Shown: positions 61,125-64,000 of the stretch, piece by piece
Layout: each line of letters starts with the position of its first letter
Numbering within the stretch: the first letter of the stretch is position 1
Notes under the pieces: model-generated
What the model was told of the DNA's origin: nothing
The model's database searches: none
What the model saw: only the letters and a program-made list of their open reading frames with translations
Origin: an uncultured cyanobacterium
Lineage (GTDB): Bacteria; Cyanobacteriota; Cyanobacteriia; PCC-9006; JAAUQQ01
DNA length: 64,000 nt
Assembly (NCBI GenBank): GCA_963718615.1
Contig: OY970368.1
Span: forward strand, 1,888,001-1,952,000
Reading direction: 5' to 3'
Made by a program: the position numbers and the translations under genes

Positions 61125-62762
61125 TTAAACTAATACATCTAATGGATTTGTGTGGGCTGACTGCTCGGTGGTGCTTGCCACTTTCAATAATTGGACATAC
61201 TCCTCTGGGAAATATTGCAATGTGCTGAGAACTGGATTAGGAGCGCTCATCCCTAAACCGCACAAACTGGTTTCTTTCACCATATGGGCCAAAGCCTTGA
61301 GCTTCTCCAAATCTAATTGAGTGGCTTGTCCATTAATGAGTTGAGTAAGAAGTTCATACAATTGAACCGTTCCGGTGCGACAGGGAACGCATTTCCCGCA
61401 GGTTTCTTCTCGGCAAAAGTCCATGTAAAATCGGGCAACTTCGACCATACTGGTGTTTTGATCCATCACCACCATGCCCCCCGATCCCATCATCGAACCG
61501 ATCGCGACCAGCGAATCATAATCGACCGGTGTATCGAGTAAATCGGCGGGAATACAGCCTCCGGAAGGCCCCCCTGTCTGCACAGCCTTCACCGTTCCCT
61601 CTGGAACACCGCCCCCCATCTCCTCTACAATTTCCCGTAGTGTGATCCCCATGGGAACTTCAATAAGACCGTTATTTCGAATTTTTCCAGTCAGTGCAAA
61701 AATCTTAGTCCCCTTGCTTTTCTCGGTGCCAATGGCAGCATACCATTCAGCCCCTTCTCGAATAATTGGCACAATGTTGGCAAAGGACTCAACGTTATTG
61801 ATTAACGTCGGACAATGCCATAGGCCAGACTGGGCAGGATAGGGCGGACGGGTTCGAGGGTTGCCGCGATTGCCCTCCACTGAAGCGATTAAGGCGGTTT
61901 CTTCTCCACAGACAAATGCTCCTGCTCCAATTCGAATATCAACCTTGAAATCAAAGTGAGATTCAAAAATTTGACTGCCTAAAATGCCATATTTTTTCGC
62001 TTGCTGAATGGCCTTTTGTAGCCGCTGAATGGCTAGGGGATACTCCGCTCGTACATAGATAAAACCATGATTTGCCCCGACTGCATATCCAGCGATCGCC
62101 ATTCCCTCCAAAACCAAATGAGGATCACTTTCCAGTACGCTACGATCCATAAATGCACCCGGATCGCCTTCATCTCCATTACAAATCACATACTTTTGAT
62201 TACCTGTCATTTTTGCCACTGTGGCCCACTTCAAGCCTGTGGGATAGCCGCCGCCACCTCTGCCTCGTAAACCGCTACGGGTAATTTCATCGACGACCTC
62301 TGCCGCTGACTTTTCGTAGAGTGCTTTATAGAGCGACTGGTAGCCTCCAACCGCAATATAGTCTTCAATACTTTCAGGATCTAATTTGCCACTATGTTCC
62401 CGAACCACTTTGAGCTGGTGACTAAAGAAAGGATGAGCCATATCGCCTTGTACTGCAGTCGCTATACCGCCATTACAAGCATGGACAATACTCACCGCAT
62501 CCTCAGGTTTGACCTCCTCATACAACGCATTGGATGGGTCGATCTGAACCAGCGGTCCTCGCCCACAAAACCCCATACAGCCGACCCCTTTAACGTCGAT
62601 GCGATCGCTTAGATTTTCAGCTTTGACAGTATCTTTGAGATTGCTAAAAACCTCCAGTGCACTTGCAGCTCGACACCCCGTCGAAGTACAGCAATGCACT
62701 TGAATAGGCTTCCGTTTTGCTTGGGTTTCTGCTGCAATATCTAATAATCCTTGTAAATCCAT
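61125..62762 (-). CDS. hoxF: Diaphorase flavoprotein HoxF
   Basis: [31 protein letters not shown] and CGKCVPCR. Confidence 0.96.
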   Translation of the reverse strand: MDLQGLLDIAAETQAKRKPIQVHCCTSTGCRAASALEVFSNLKDTVKAENLSDRIDVKGVGCMGFCGRGPLVQIDPSNALYEEVKPEDAVSIVHACNGGIATAVQGDMAHPFFSHQLKVVREHSGKLDPESIEDYIAVGGYQSLYKALYEKSAAEVVDEITRSGLRGRGGGGYPTGLKWATVAKMTGNQKYVICNGDEGDPGAFMDRSVLESDPHLVLEGMAIAGYAVGANHGFIYVRAEYPLAIQRLQKAIQQAKKYGILGSQIFESHFDFKVDIRIGAGAFVCGEETALIASVEGNRGNPRTRPPYPAQSGLWHCPTLINNVESFANIVPIIREGAEWYAAIGTEKSKGTKIFALTGKIRNNGLIEVPMGITLREIVEEMGGGVPEGTVKAVQTGGPSGGCIPADLLDTPVDYDSLVAIGSMMGSGGMVVMDQNTSMVEVARFYMDFCREETCGKCVPCRTGTVQLYELLTQLINGQATQLDLEKLKALAHMVKETSLCGLGMSAPNPVLSTLQYFPEEYVQLLKVASTTEQSAHTNPLDVLV

Positions 62763-62841
62763 ATCTCACACCTCTCAAGCATTAATGTCCCTGAATAACT
62801 CAACCCAAACCCTGCCTAGAATGACTCGAAACAGTGTAATT

Positions 62842-63366
62842 TTATGTACTTTTCCAAGCTTTAATTTGGGTGAGGACATCCGCAGGTTCCTGGCGACCCG
62901 CGACAACTCCATCACAGACCACCGCCGGTGCAATCCCACAGGCTCCAATACAGCGTGCGGTCAACAAAGAAATTTTGCCATCGGGGGTTGTTTTTCCCAG
63001 CTCAATCCCCAGCTCTTTGATCATAGCAGCAACAATTTTATCGCTACCTTTGACATAGCATGCGGTTCCTAGACAAACCACACAGGTGTGTTCCCCACTG
63101 GGTTTTAACGAAAACAAATGATAGAAGGTTGCAACTCCAAATACTTTACTAGGCGGAAGCTTTAAACCTCTGGCAATGTAAAGTAAAACATCGTCTTCCA
63201 GAAATCCGAAAGTTTCTTGAGCCTTATGCAAAACCTCGATCAATGCATCGGGCTTATACTGATTGCGCTTCATCGCTAAGTCGAGGGTCTTGAACCGACG
63301 ATCGGATTGTGCAGTAGATTTTTTCGATCCTGCGGTGTCCTTTGGCGTTGCATTTAGAGTTGGCAT
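62842..63366 (-). CDS. hoxE: Diaphorase subunit HoxE
   Basis: GVATFYHLF, CLGTAC and CIGAC. Start placed at the ATG at 63366. Confidence 0.95.
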   Translation of the reverse strand: MPTLNATPKDTAGSKKSTAQSDRRFKTLDLAMKRNQYKPDALIEVLHKAQETFGFLEDDVLLYIARGLKLPPSKVFGVATFYHLFSLKPSGEHTCVVCLGTACYVKGSDKIVAAMIKELGIELGKTTPDGKISLLTARCIGACGIAPAVVCDGVVAGRQEPADVLTQIKAWKST

Positions 63367-63661
63367 AGCTCTATTCCCATTCTCCCTAGGATTTCTCCTG
63401 CAATTTTCTGGCAATTTTCCCTGGTAATCGCCACTACCGATCTACCTTCATTGGTGGTTGCTTCAGATCAAGTAATCGACACAAACTTGAATTGATTTTT
63501 AAATTTGGGTGATTTGAGCTCAATAGATTTGCTAGGTTTATAGTACTCGACCTGACTTAAATAATCAACTTTAAATCGGCAAGCCAGTGATACAAAGATT
63601 GACATAAAATCTACAAACATTGCATTTTTTAAGTTTCACTAGAGTCAGCATTCAGAGGAAA

Positions 63662-63689
63662 GGGGTAGGGATGCAAAGTTCCCTACCCC
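63662..63689 (-). terminator. Hairpin downstream of ppsA
   Basis: Perfect 10-bp stem GGGGTAGGGA/TCCCTACCCC, followed by a short U tract on the minus strand. Confidence 0.65.
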
Positions 63690-63722
63690 GATTTTGCCTA
63701 GTACTTTTGCAGCGCTATTAAG

Positions 63723-64000
63723 CTAAGTCTCGACTTGGGCGATCGCCAGCCGAGTTTTCAAAACAGAATCGGGATTTAAACTCATGGAATCAATCCCCTG
63801 CTCGACCAAAAACTGAGCAAACTCGGGATAATCGCTGGGGGCCTGACCACAGATACCAATCTTGCGTCCCTTGGCTTTAGCGGTTGCAATGACCTGCCGG
63901 ATTAAACTTTTCACGGCTTCGTTACGTTCGTCGAAAATATGGGCAACGAGGGCGGAATCGCGATCGAGACCGAGCGTTAACTGAGTCAAGTCATTCGAGC
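63723..64000 (-). CDS. ppsA: Phosphoenolpyruvate synthase, C-terminal part (5' partial)
   Basis: [26 protein letters not shown] and [10 protein letters not shown]. Confidence 0.9.
   Translation of the reverse strand, partial: SNDLTQLTLGLDRDSALVAHIFDERNEAVKSLIRQVIATAKAKGRKIGICGQAPSDYPEFAQFLVEQGIDSMSLNPDSVLKTRLAIAQVET

Noticed and set aside
63420-63720. LexA box upstream of hoxE
   Set aside because: Only AGTAC half-sites are seen, with no convincing full palindrome.

Overview
Cyanobacterial chromosome segment: the HIP1 octamer GCGATCGC is frequent in core genes. The left part holds an IS1380 end, an exosortase/PFE-CTERM/HpsJ/glycosyltransferase surface-polysaccharide locus, a DUF433-DUF5615 toxin-antitoxin pair and rlmN. 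The right part holds an SBP-pLGIC-SBP fusion channel, hpsL, a hybrid histidine kinase, glcF, mtgA and a contiguous hoxEFUYHW-hypABFC-nifJ-DHOD-hypDE cluster. The centre (~19.3-33.3 kb) is an integron-type cassette array with four attC sites, an attI-like repeat block and no integrase in the window. Its cassettes encode an AbiTii-domain protein, a multi-gene HTH-NB-ARC/TPR/DUF218 unit, ParA, a TPR-Arr fusion and a glycine-zipper peptide. Two features inside the array stand out. (1) A composite transposon of two identical IS701-like copies with a 5-bp TSD, whose only cargo is a eukaryote-like profilin gene. (2) An IS110 element inserted in an attC site, with a predicted circle-junction promoter and a putative three-hairpin bridge RNA (two attC-targeting loops, one donor loop); a 76-bp remnant of the same element sits at the equivalent position of the next attC. 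All calls come from reading the sequence and from remembered family motifs; no searches were run.
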